Below are positions 41,601 through 54,300 of a stretch of 64,000 bases of DNA, in pieces. Position numbers and translations under genes: made by a program. The stretch spans positions 92,876,001 to 92,940,000 of the forward strand of contig OZ260663.1 of assembly GCA_965285935.1 (NCBI GenBank). Direction: 5' to 3'. The notes below the pieces were generated by a model that saw only the letters and a program-made list of their open reading frames with translations, ran no database searches and had not been told where the DNA came from. This stretch comes from Ophelia neglecta. Taxonomy: Eukaryota. Each line of letters opens with the position of its first letter. Position 1 is the stretch's first letter.

Positions 41601-44600
41601 TCATTTTTACATACGAAATAATGTTTTTTCAGCTTCACTTACCAGATACACATTTGTATTGTAACTGTAGGTATGCTTGTAGACTCTGCAAACAAGGCTG
41701 ATTTTCAGTGACAAGGTTTTGATCCGGTAGTGTTATCTGACACGCCTGTCTTCCCGAGCAAATCGAGTCTAAATAGCTAAGCACGTCTACTTGGCATCTT
41801 GTAAAACTATGTACGTCTTGCTTTATACAGCTTCCTACTGACATCTGACCGAAGTGCGCTTGCTCCACCTGTATAACTTCATTCCTCGTACAGCTAGCCT
41901 TATAGGTTTTCCAGGTACAAACATCCTGTGTTACTGCAGGAAAAGCAATTAAAGTTAGAATATCATTATTATAGTCTCAAAAAGTGCATTTACCAATTAT
42001 GGATAGTAAACCAGAATTTATTAGTAGTGTACATCTATAATAACATTTTATATATAATCAGTATGCGCCTTCATTATAGCGCAACCTAACTTCGGATGCC
42101 CATTTTCACTCTGCTTTTCTTTCATTATTACATTTCGGTATATTTAAATATTAAGGCACACTAGTATTTCTCACTTTTAGCTAAAATAATAATCTGATTC
42201 TTCTTATACCGTAACCAATTCTAAAGATGCATTCTGGTATTTTTCAGAAAGATTTAGCAAACAGAAGAATGAATGTGATAATATGGCTTTTACTTCGTTT
42301 GATATGTGCTATGCTAAGCGTGTGTATAGATATTTGCGTATATTTCAGGTCATCTGTAATTGTTGGCGTTAGGGGGCTAACAGTAGGTTTTGCCTTGGAA
42401 CTTTAATTATTATTTAATCCACATTCATTTCCCGTGAGTAAAATGTGTTTTGATGCTTACTTCACCGACGTAATTCTAGAAACGTCAGGGGATTGTAACC
42501 ACCTACTGCCTTTCCGTAAAATATGTTATTTAGTCGCATATCCGTTGCCCTATTTTAATAGTGTTTTTTATTTCATTGCATAAATGTTAATGGAAGGGAG
42601 CAACATACAACGAAGGTAAAGTAAAGTCAGGGTAAAAAAAGTGAAACTAAATCTAATGGGAACAATAACGAATATGATTATTGATAATTCTAACGGAAAT
42701 ATCAGTATTTGGATTTGAGTGCAAATTTAATATATCTGCCTTTTCCAGGGGAATTTCGCGAGAAGAATGTTATAACCACGACCCGCACCTTTGTTTTTGA
42801 AAATGCCTAACAAAGGATAATGTTCGAGAAAGCATTATTTGCAATACTAAAGAACAAGATAATTTCCTCATGCGTCTTGTATATTTTTATGGTCAAAGAC
42901 TATATATATAGGTTATATATATGCCTCACTATACGCCCTTCCACCTCTCCCTTTCACATCTTTATTAAATAAATAAATTCCGGGTGTGAAACTTTTGCGA
43001 GTTTCCCATTAACGTGTAGCCTACCGTTTAGTTACTTTGATCCCTAATGATTTGCAGACGGCCAGTTTGAATATAGCTAAAGAACCATGGTGTCCTTAAA
43101 AGCAGCTTTTAGATCCAAGACAAATTAATTAACCCGACAAATCCATCTTCTGCAACTAAAGGGAGTTATAACCTCTTAGCCCCCGCCCTTCTCTGTCTGT
43201 ATATTGCTATGTTGGAAGCAGATTGTCCGGAAGAACGTGCGACTCTGGGCCACAGCGCTCAATACTATACAGCGCTAAGCCGCGACGCGCCATGCGCTAC
43301 GGTGCTGGGCGGCAACTACCAACCAGTTTGCTTTGTTTGAACAAAGACATCAGTCAGAAACAAATATTGCCTACATGTTAAATTCCAAGATCAGTACTTT
43401 TAGAATATAAAGAATATAAAACTCTCACTGTGCTAACAATAATAATGCTCTCGTTCTCGAAATGGAAATGTTGAGACCAAAACACGACCTATCGTGTTTT
43501 AAAGTACTGCTTTGCAATCTAAGTTGGCATCTCCGGAAGTAGATACATGATTATCTACAAACAAATAAATCGCCGGCCAAGAAATTAAGACGTAGAATTG
43601 GTGATTGCAAAATATACCCTATTTTATATATTTATCATTTTATTTAGACACAATCCTATTGAACATCTTGCCCCAAGAAAATTGATTCTCCCAGATCCAT
43701 ATCCGTCTAAACTAACTAAATAACAATGACCAATCTCGATCTCTGAGTTCTTAAAATAGGGAGTGTATACCCGTGGTCGACGCACAATCATTCATGAATA
43801 ATAGTCCAAAAAATCGGTTCAAAATCACCTTGAACCAGCAGTCGCCGTGTTTCTTATATCGTTCTCCAGCTCTCCTTTGATATAAGGACAGATTAGCGTT
43901 AAGATCTAAGCTCAAGTAAGTTATATGCACAAAAGGATTGAGTCCTTTAAATTGTTGCATATATGGCACCGAAGAATCGTAATATAGGGCGAACCATGCA
44001 ATGCGGCAATATATTAAATATATATTTATTCTTCAACTATTGAAACTACTCGTTTGCAAAAAAAACATGTACAAAACCTCGCATTCTAAAACTTTTATTT
44101 ATGTAGGTATTTGATGTATTTCTTTACTTATGACGTTAGTAGGAACATAATATGTACGGACCCAACTATATGCCGATTTTGATACGTGTGCTACATATTA
44201 CTGTTCAAAATATATATGTGTGAATATACAAAGGAAACGTTCACGGAAGAGTTCCAATTAGATGCAGCACCCTAGTTTTATTGTGGTTTTAAAGCCATCC
44301 CATTTATGCCCACTTATCCAAAGCAAAGACCCTTCCTCCAATTTGTATTTTGTATGAATTTGTTATATTATTAATATAGCCATACTCAAACGCTGCATAC
44401 AAGTTGAATACTATCGGTACTGTCTGGTTTATATATTATAATGGCAAAATAATCATTTGGATTTATGATACAATTTATGGTATTCACGAGAGCAAAGAAA
44501 TTGCAACTTCATAGAGTTGTATTACCTAGTGTATTATATATCATTAAAAGCGAGAAGCGAAAACCAGACCGAAGAATTCATAGCAATAGTCTGAATAACT

Positions 44601-46041
44601 GTATCCTACTCTTTTACTACATTCTGAAGGTCAATCCCTGCCGTTCAATAAATATGTACCTATTCTATAGGTATTTGTCACTATAATATTTTGATTAGTG
44701 TATATCGGAAAACAAACCAAACGCAGTTCACATGAATAATCTAGATAATCGAACCAACATCATAAGGAATCTTCAGGAGTAGACCCACACAATATAAAAC
44801 CCCGCCACTGTATTCTTGATATTAATTACCTGCCGTAACCACTGAATATAATGACTGGCGATTGAAGACAATGGCATCTTCAATAGGCCTAGTTATTTTC
44901 ATGTGACAAGCTTTGTTTTGTCGAAAAGTGCTACTTGTTCTTTTGTCTTTCAATCATGAATATGTTTAATGGTTTAATGTGTCAAAATTCAAAAGCAACC
45001 ATCCCCAAATTAAGCATGAACCACCAAATGCAGGCCCATTTATTATCAATCTCCTGGGAGATCATATGTTGATATTTTAATTGGTCAGGCCCAAAGAAAT
45101 GTCCAACTCACTTCCGATTACCAACAGACATGGTGGCCTATGACTTATCTTTGTTTTCATTTAGTTCCACATTAAATGTCAGTTCCTTACCTACTCACAT
45201 TTGAGAACTGGTTATCAATTAGTTGATAGCTACTATCTTTGAACCATTCTTAATCACATGTTTTTTTTATTTAACGGTATTTCTCAGGTTAAAATGAAAA
45301 GATTTCACCAGATAAGCAGGGAACAAATCATTTGTCCCTGTACTTTGACCATATTTACAGCTAAATAAATTACATATGTAAGAGAATGTACAAATAATCC
45401 TACGCCTGACTTTCCCGAGCAGACTGTCTTGTGTAATTAAGAAATCATTTTTTTACATTTCAAGTATTTTCTCAAAAATCGTTATATGTAGAATCATTAT
45501 GCGTATGAGTTGCATTGAAGTAGGACTGAATAAAGAGAAAATCGAACGTGGGAGGGGGGGGGGGGTGGCAATATAAAAGTCGATGTTTACTATTTAGTCT
45601 TATATAGTTTTATTGTGATTGCATTGCATTGTATTCGTTGGATGTAAGCTTTAGGAGCTTATATATTTTTATCTCTGGTAAATCTGAAAAACACCTTAGC
45701 ATAGGCATATGCTAAAGTAGACTGTGTGATGAATTAGATCCTATTTTACAAACCCAATACAACGTTAAATCTTGCAATACTGGTCCCATTTCTAATAAAT
45801 TGAAACAATGCGAAATCCATATAATTAGCAAATACACACTCAGTACTGTATTTTCTAGGAAAAAAAGGTCAGCAGTTTTATTGGCTCTCACTCAGTAGGA
45901 TTGCTAGGTACCACGTATTATTAGTTCAAAATGGCGTACTCATTGTATAATACATAAATAGCACTTACTCGAGCCTGCTGCTTTTGTCCTTATAGCCATG
46001 GTCACTACGATAAGAATGCATTCTTTCAGCGTGGTATCCAT
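38675..46041 (-). CDS. G5: SUEL-lectin/CUB-like/sushi-like single-pass membrane receptor, ~526 aa
   Basis: Exons 46041-45969, 41933-41643, 40804-40526, 40430-40287, 40160-39999, 39679-39623, 39414-39333, 39167-38675. GT-AG; total 1581 nt, in frame. Confidence 0.9.
43240..43313. promoter_or_regulatory. Conserved CpG-rich intron-1 element (G5)
   Basis: CAGCGCTAAGCCGCGACGCGCCATGCGCTACGGTGCTGGGC aligns with G1/G3. Confidence 0.6.
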
Positions 46042-46157
46042 ATTAAAACTTTGTTTTATCCGAACAATACGTTCTGGCATTAATCCTCGTGATACAATTA
46101 AAATCTTATAATCCGCAGTCAATGTTGTGTGCATTCCGCCTAGACTTCATTCTCAGA

Positions 46158-46253
46158 CTGGCAGTGTCAGTGTTAAACTCGATGTGCACAGTAGCGCGGC
46201 GCAATGCAATGGGTGGTAAATACAGCGCCGGCGCAGTGCGCATCACTCGCCGC
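46158..46253 (-). promoter_or_regulatory. Conserved upstream box (G5)
   Basis: Near-identical to the G1/G4 box at the same distance from the ATG. Confidence 0.8.
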
Positions 46254-47122
46254 TTAATCATTCTATTGGACGGTGATGGAATTAACTGAGAATAAATAAT
46301 TGTTGGTCTTCTTCTATAGATTTAGTTTTTAAGGATTGTGACTTGTGGTATTTAATAAATCCAGCACTTGATCGGAAATAATTAAAGAAATAAGAAATTA
46401 TACGAACAGATGATGTCATTTTCTCATACAGTAAGTAAAAATGCCATCGCTGTCTGTTGCTTGTGGATATCTATGTTTGACTAGTAGCAAATACTGACTT
46501 TTTTGTGCCAAACATGGATTTAAGACTCCTGAAGAGATGATTTATAGGGATTGGGAGGGTTGGCAAAGCACACAATTTATAGATTTGAAATGATTTAGAA
46601 GATAATTTGTTTGGACTTATATAGATTGCATGGTGTGATTTTATTCCTTATAGTCAACGGAGATAACATAGCTGCAGGTGTACATTCATATATGTATTTG
46701 CGGTGTAAGTTGGAAACATATCCCCGTTTTTTCATCAAAGTTCACGTAGTTAAACAAGAGCAAAAGCCAAGAATACCATTATTTCAAAGGAAGTAGTTGA
46801 ACATCCCAGTAAAAGCAGGTAAATGTACACGCATTTTTTTTCAGCTGTTTATCATTATTAGGTTTTGAAAATTTAATCTTTTTGATAAATGAATTTTCCC
46901 AAACGAACGCAGTCAACATCAATGGAATCCCATTCTTGCCCGATGCAAATGAAATTAACGCCAGTCGGGTAGCCACTCTCGTTGTTTTCTTCTATTTAAT
47001 CAGGCAGCTCATCATTATTATGCAACTCACATAATGAACTTAGGTATTTAAGAACTATGCACATAGCCTGAGAGTTTATAGTTAAACTTGTTAAGCCTCC
47101 TAAAGATGAGAGAGTGGCCACC

Positions 47123-48290
47123 TTATGAAGAGGTTGACACGAGTGGGTCACCGACCGCTATATCAAGATTCGATTCGTCCGGATCAAGAGCCGGGTTGGT
47201 ATCCAAATCGATGTTTTCCAGATCTAAGTCGTTGAAGGCGAGCTCATTGGTGTCACTCTCACTGCACATGCGCCGGATGAATTTTGGAGATTCATATTTA
47301 TGTTCGGTATGGGGTGCTCTGAATGTACCAGTGTTATGATTGTCTCTTGGGTACCGTTCATTATTTGATTTCCCGTGAAGGCTACACGTCCGGGCCTGTG
47401 GCATTGAAGACGTCGGCGGCATTGGTAGAGGCGGAAATCCTCCACCTGGTACCACGATCCCCGGACGTACAGCCATGTTCCTTTGTGCAGTGTTCACGTA
47501 CTCTCTTCCTCTAATGGGATTGTGTGATCCTTCGTTTTTAACCAGCATCGGGTCGTCCTCTTTTGTAGTAAGTCCCGGATGTGAAATGCACATTTCAGTG
47601 TCCATCCGGGAATTTGGCACGGACACTATCATCGGGTTATTCCACCTGATATAACGCAAGCATAGAACACATTAATTGAAAACACAATGCCATTCTTTTA
47701 TTATTATTTTTCACTCCATGAACACTAAATTAATACATTATTATTATTTAATGCATACTATTTTTTGCTGATCACCAAAACGTTATTAGATGATATGAGT
47801 ATATAAACTTCTCGAGAATATCCATTATACTTGTTTATTGCTTGTTATTACAGTTTGACCTCAATAATTGTCAATTTTCTATTTGTTATAAAACCCAGTG
47901 ATCAAGAAACTGACCTTCGAAAACATAAAATGCCGAACACAAGTAAAGGGACTGCTATGATGAGTGCAGCTACTATGATTATCGCAATGAGAATCCCTGA
48001 AAGTAAAATCATAGGCTTACAATGGGTAATTTCCAACGAATCATAACCCAGATTATCTAATTATAATGGCATGCAAGGGATGAGATAAGATACTAGGCTT
48101 TTATCCGGGTATAAACTGGGTGAATGTCAGAATCAACCACATTGCCTCAAAATAAAGATTAAAGGAATTCATTTTTCATACCCTTTCTGTTAAGCTTAAT
48201 TATCAGTTATTACTTAGCCTACTCACATTGCGGTAGGGTAAGAACACCTTCAAAAAGCCCTCCTATTGTCACAGGCGTTTGACCTGTAAT

Positions 48291-48323
<33 letters not shown>

Positions 48324-51300
48324 CTGGTGACATGTTTATATGTAGTTGTCAGGAACACATAATAGCCGAATAACTACCTATATTTGATTAAATGCCGATC
48401 TAAATTAATTTCACAATTCCGGCTGCGCGCTGCATTCTTCTCACTTTTTCATTGGTATAGATTATACACTGAAATTTGCCATCCTTGTATGCCGCTAATA
48501 CCAACCTGACCCGTAACATGCTATGATTTCAACATCCGAAGTCCATTGAGTCCCGTCACAGGAAACGCGCCATTCACTTCCGGTATCGGGACATCTGACA
48601 GAAATCTCCTTTGCGTGCTGTTCGGTAGTAGCACCTTCTGGAGGGGTATATTTTGGACACCCTATGACTGGAAAAGAAAAGTTTTTACATATAACTGTTC
48701 TCTATAAAGTATTGTTAGTGCTCTGCAATAGTAAATCTTCAATAGCAGAATTCCAAAAAAAGGAAAGGGAGTGAATCCCGGCAGAAAAAGCAGTTGAGTA
48801 GAGACCTCTCAACGCATTCTTTTTACCGTAAAGGGCACGGTTCAGATGAAATAGATCATAATTAGGTGTGTTTTTGTGGCATACATTTAAATCTAATATC
48901 GCGTTTGGTCCACAACAATTTCATAATGAAACAAATCATTTCAGGCTGCCTACTCACCTTCATATTGAAGAAGATAATACTGTGGTGTATGTGAAAGCTT
49001 GGGGTCCGTTATCGAGATCTGAACGCTCTCTGACCCAGAGCTGTAAACAATGTGTTCTCTCCGCTCACCACCACAAATGGTAATGGACCTTTCAGCGGAA
49101 CCTTGTCATGGATTATAATGCCATTGTTTTATTGAGTAAAACTATATATCCAATTGCAAAAGTTATCAGTGTATGTATGTATGGTTGTAACCCGCTAATA
49201 AGAAAACGAAGGTTCTTGCTACATGACATTATATAGTTGATGTGAGGCTTATAACAAGACCATATATCGCGGTTGAGTTGGTAATTTTACGTATATCGGA
49301 AAGTTGAAAGGTTTTCACAACTCCTTACTATGTGGCTACGTGAAATGTTAATATTATTGGCCTTATTTTAAATCTAGGTCAAACCCACACTATTTCAAAA
49401 GTTCATTCGATCTTCTCTTAATGCTCATAGTCAATCCGCAATACATTTGATCACATTATATCTTATGATGAGCATGTTTTATCCGACATTTTAGCTTCTG
49501 GATCTGTACAGGTCTTTCTGTTATTAACTAATAAGGTGATATACAGGCACATAATTTATATAATTTGAATAAATTATATTTATATGTCAAACGTTCCGAT
49601 TTGGTTATTTTACAGAAGCAAGAGCTCTTATTTAATGTCAAAGCCTTCCTACCGTCTATGATCCTGGCATATATGCGACATATATCTGAGACCTCTGGTT
49701 GTCCAAACTCGGGCTCCCGAATTTTAGATCCGTCGCCACTGGAGGTTGAAGGCGTCCATACCCCGTAGTCATGTAAAGTGAGGCGAATCGTCTGCCCAAG
49801 AGATCCAAGGACAGTCCATGGACAGTGCAGAGATCCCTGACCACTCCGACCTGTGACATAATTGGCCAATATACCCTTCTTTCCTCGGACGATTAGGGGA
49901 TGTCCGGTGCAGGGCTTTTGTGAAGTGTAAACTGTAAATTATTAATTATACTGAATGATCCTGAATATGAGGTACATATAAGGTCACGTTAATGGCTATT
50001 CTTAGAAAACTAGGGTAGTGTCCCAACACCCACATGCCTACTTAAAAATGAAGTGATTTCCTCATTGAACAAAATTACCTCTTGCAAATAAACACTTGGC
50101 TTTTCATGATTTCCGAATATCCTCAGGAAGTAAAACCGATTACAAATATCATCTCATGTGTGAAAAGACGACTCTTGCTATGTATATAGCGGAGCAGAAT
50201 GTCGAAAGCAGAACGCCTATTTATTTACATAAATGCAATCTTCCGGACAAACAAATTAGTATTTCAAGATGGGAGTGTTCCCAGGTCCCTTTAAAAAAAT
50301 AGCGGTTATAGCACACCAGGGGGTCCGATAGAGCTTAAACCAGCACCAACACTGACCCTGCGCTTAGTAAACGACGCACTATATTTACGTGATTTGGCTT
50401 TGTCTACCGGTTATCCACTCCCGCTTTTGTATGTGTATAACTCTTCTGTTTTACGGTTTGGAGGACATTTCATGATATACTTGCCATGCAGATTTAGTCG
50501 GAAATCGTTCGTTTTCATACAGTCGATGCAAATATTCACTCAAAGAGTTTAAATTCAATCCAACAAGGAAACTGAGAATTTATTGCAAAATTCTCCAGAG
50601 AAACTGGCATTTTGTGTTCAAAAACCTGTTTATAACTTTGATTTGTCCTGGTAATTACTATTAAATACCCTGCTGAGCTGAACATGTGAAGGTGTGCGTG
50701 ACTTACCAGCTACGCAGTTGTATTTTATCTTTAGGTATGACTCTAAACCACCCTCGCAAGCTTGGTGCCTAGCCGCCAAGTTTTTATCGGGAAGTTCCAG
50801 CTGACACGTCTGTCTTCCAGAGCAAACTGAATCTAAGTAGGTCAACACGTCTTGCTGACAACCTATGTAACCTAAGTCTTTCGGTATGCATCGTCCGACC
50901 GACATCCGTCCGTAATACGCATACTCCATCTGTATCACCTCATTCTCTGGGCAGGTGGCGTTGAATGTGTTCCAAAAACAAATGTCTTCTTCCCCTGGAA
51001 ACAAGAAAAGATGGAAACCCAATGTATTTGTTCTGTCCCACTCACTCGCACCCTTACAAAAAAAAAACTAGAAATAGGAAGGCCTTCTAAACTGGTAACA
51101 TAGATCGGCCACTTTGTAACTTGTAACTAATTGTTAGCTTAATACATTCGATACTTGTACCGAAAGGTAATCTCCCTAGTGTTAGGGCTGGAGAAGAGCC
51201 GGTAGAAAGTGTCTGCCTGAAGAGTGCCGATGCTCTTGCTTATGAAAATTTACTGTAACATGTAAAATATTGTACCGATGTTGTTTTGGCAAAACAAAAG

Positions 51301-54300
51301 TTATCTGCTTTCAGGAGTGCAGTCACAGTCACATTTTCGAAGAAGACGATCATGTGTCATTCCCTGAATTATGACTAAGAACAAATCGACTTTCTGCTAG
51401 GAAGTGATTATTAGTTTCAGAGAATGCCACCAAGAGGACTTCCAGCGACTTATTCTCAATAATAGATAGGCAAATAATGTATCCTAATACAATCCATTTA
51501 GGTTTTGCATATAAGTTCTTCAGATACGAATGATTTACTATTAATTAGGTGCAGTTATTCTTTGCAAGCTCTAATCAGGGAAGTTAGGTTTAGATTAGTG
51601 ATCCTGTTTCCTCTTTAACTTTCAAGGATGTTTTCCATCCCGCATTAGGCACATGTATATTCAGAAACATTCGTCTGTAGTCTCGCATTTTTGAGAGAAA
51701 TTCGGCAATCGTAGACTCTTTTCATGCATGTTTTATATTCAATCTATCTTGACCACTGGCGCGTTTGCTGTGTTGTATGCCTTAAATCACTAACACTAAT
51801 GTGGACTATGCCAACATGCAAGTGATATATGATGTAAGTTAATAAATTAGCCGGCTTCATCTCTTTACAAGCATATTTACCGTTATGGAACCAGTGGGAT
51901 ATAATTTGCGGGCCTGCAGCTGACGGCTCCTTATGATTTCGAACGATCTCATTGGAAAATTCTTGATTATATGATTTCATTTGTCTGCAGGGTATCTACA
52001 GTTTGACAGGTGAATGGATTTATGCGAGGACAATGCCGGTGCAAAATTAATGGAAGTCCTCTAGTCGGAAAGTTCTCCCAGTCAATTTTAACTTGTACTA
52101 ACCCAAAGCAGGGTGTCCCCGGTCTTTAAAGACTAGCATTCCCCGGTATTGAAACACAGGTCTACTTAGGATCCGTTCCCCAAATCAAGATTTATGGCTT
52201 CCCCCGTTCTTAAATTACTGGCATAGTGCGTCCGCAAGGGATTATTACCCCCAATAAAGGATGGTATAATAAGCATGATATATGTGGGAAGCTAATAGGT
52301 GTGTTTAGTAATGCCTTATAGTTTACATACTATACAGACCGGATACCGCTCCGAGTAGGTCGTGTATCTATTGTACGATCGTTGCAAGTTTTTGTAGTAG
52401 GTTAGGTGCAATTACAACGTAAGATATGGCAATGCTTTCTCTGTTTGTGCTCAGGGGCGAAATGTTAACCCCTTTTTCTATATTAATGCAAGTTTTCTAG
52501 AGAAAATAAGGAATTGTTAATTTGACTCAATCATGATAATTGACTGAACAAATTTATAAGTGGTTGAACAATCAGCAGTATATCTAATTTTATCGCACAT
52601 ACATCATTGTAATCCTGTCTCGGCGGATATATAGAGTAAACATACAAAGTAATATAGTTGCCACTGGCGTCATTCATAGAGGAAACATTTCGTGACAAAT
52701 CGCTTAATAATTTCATGACGCACACAATCGCCTTCATCTTGTTCACAACTTCCACCCCCTTTGGGTATTACTGGATGACTCATCATATGATAATAAACAT
52801 TTGAAACCACGAATAATATTGAGGTCATATGGTATTGTACATAAGCCGATTTACACACAAAAAATTGGATTTTGTCTGTGAGCAATTACATCTGCTAGGT
52901 CAAATGACAACAGAGTGTATCTATTCATGTTTGACATGGCTTCAGTTTGACATAAGCTCGGGTGGAAGCTGATTTTATTAATTAAATATGTAGCTGAAAC
53001 AAGTACTGAAATGGGAATTCATAGGCGGTAGCAATGTGGATAAAGTTCTAGCCAGTACCAACAATATTAAATGTGTAAATGAAGGAATGGGTCTGTTTTA
53101 ACAGTTGATACCAAATGCGGCCTGGCCATGTTGCAACAAAAATAACTATAGGTCAAAACTGATACCCTGGCACTCAGATTGTGCTGTCAGCATTGCCTTC
53201 GATTTAATCTATTTTATGACTTGGATGTGTCACGAGTAAATTCTTAGGAAATACCTTTTTGTACATAACATTTCCGAACAAGATTTGACACGGCCTCTAG
53301 AGACATTGCCACGAGACGCTTCACCATACAGCGCACAATGCAAAGCCTAGCCGCGCTACGGCTCTTCGCTCAACGCCGCGCCTGGCAAAGTCGTGCGTTC
53401 GCTCCAACAACGCTTCCGAGTAGACACTGTATGGGGCTACATGGAGTCCTACTAGTTCGTGTTGGCTAATTACAGTCCATCTATTCAACCATCGAAATAG
53501 CTCGCATGCTATATAATATGTGATGTGTTTCCATAAAATATAAAGATTGAAACAAAGTGCAATGTTACCACTTCGTTCAGACCAATTTTCAGGTGAAATG
53601 CTTTACGACACATACCAGGGGTATATCAGATACTTGTCACTTTATGGGCTGTTAAGAGCACTGACAGCAAAGTCAAACCTGATGATTGAAGAATCATAAT
53701 TTTGGAAATAGTTATAGGACTTTTTTACACCTCGAATCTGATTTATAATATGAACATGTTTAATGTACCCAGACATAATACATGTAGTTCCTATGGTATG
53801 AAAATAAGTATGCATGTAAAGTGCAGTTCGTATCAGCATATTAAGAAATACCAATGAACGTCTTAAAACGTTGAACGGTGTAGATGTCTATAGGTGAATA
53901 TGAAGGAATGTAAGTTAATGATGATTATAATTCCTTTAATCCAAGCATCGCATATTAGAAATTTGCATGGGAAAATGCTCAATATTGTTTGTTTGTCTTG
54001 ACTACCATACGTGTTCCGATTTGTTATGTCAAATATTTAAAACCAGTAGCGTGTAAAGTCCCACGCTCCAATTTCATTATAACTACAGCAGCGTTTAGTA
54101 CTTTGTAGAAACACTAAAATATTTTACAGATTAAACAGTTTATCGTGTTACTAATTAGATCTACTTCTGATCGTGACTATACAAAAGAATTGTCCCTTTT
54201 TACATTTAAAATGTGCAGACCAGTTGATTGGATTGGGTAATTGGGTGGATAACTGTGTGGGCCTTAGTGTGTCTTTAATTTGAATATACATTATATGTTG

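Noticed and set aside
2183-46041. Array as a haplotype or assembly duplication artefact
   Set aside because: Copies differ extensively in exons and introns, far beyond allelic divergence.
46089-46289. Recurrent plus-strand peptide MGGKYSAGA(V/A)RITR (also 56112-56297) as a conserved micropeptide
   Set aside because: It is just the translation of the conserved upstream box; it is disrupted in G3 and diverges in G0, and flanking frames are not conserved.
52109-52230. MITE/Tc1-like element starting CAGGGTGTCCCC with short internal CCCCGGT repeats
   Set aside because: No matching inverted terminus or TA target duplication found by eye.
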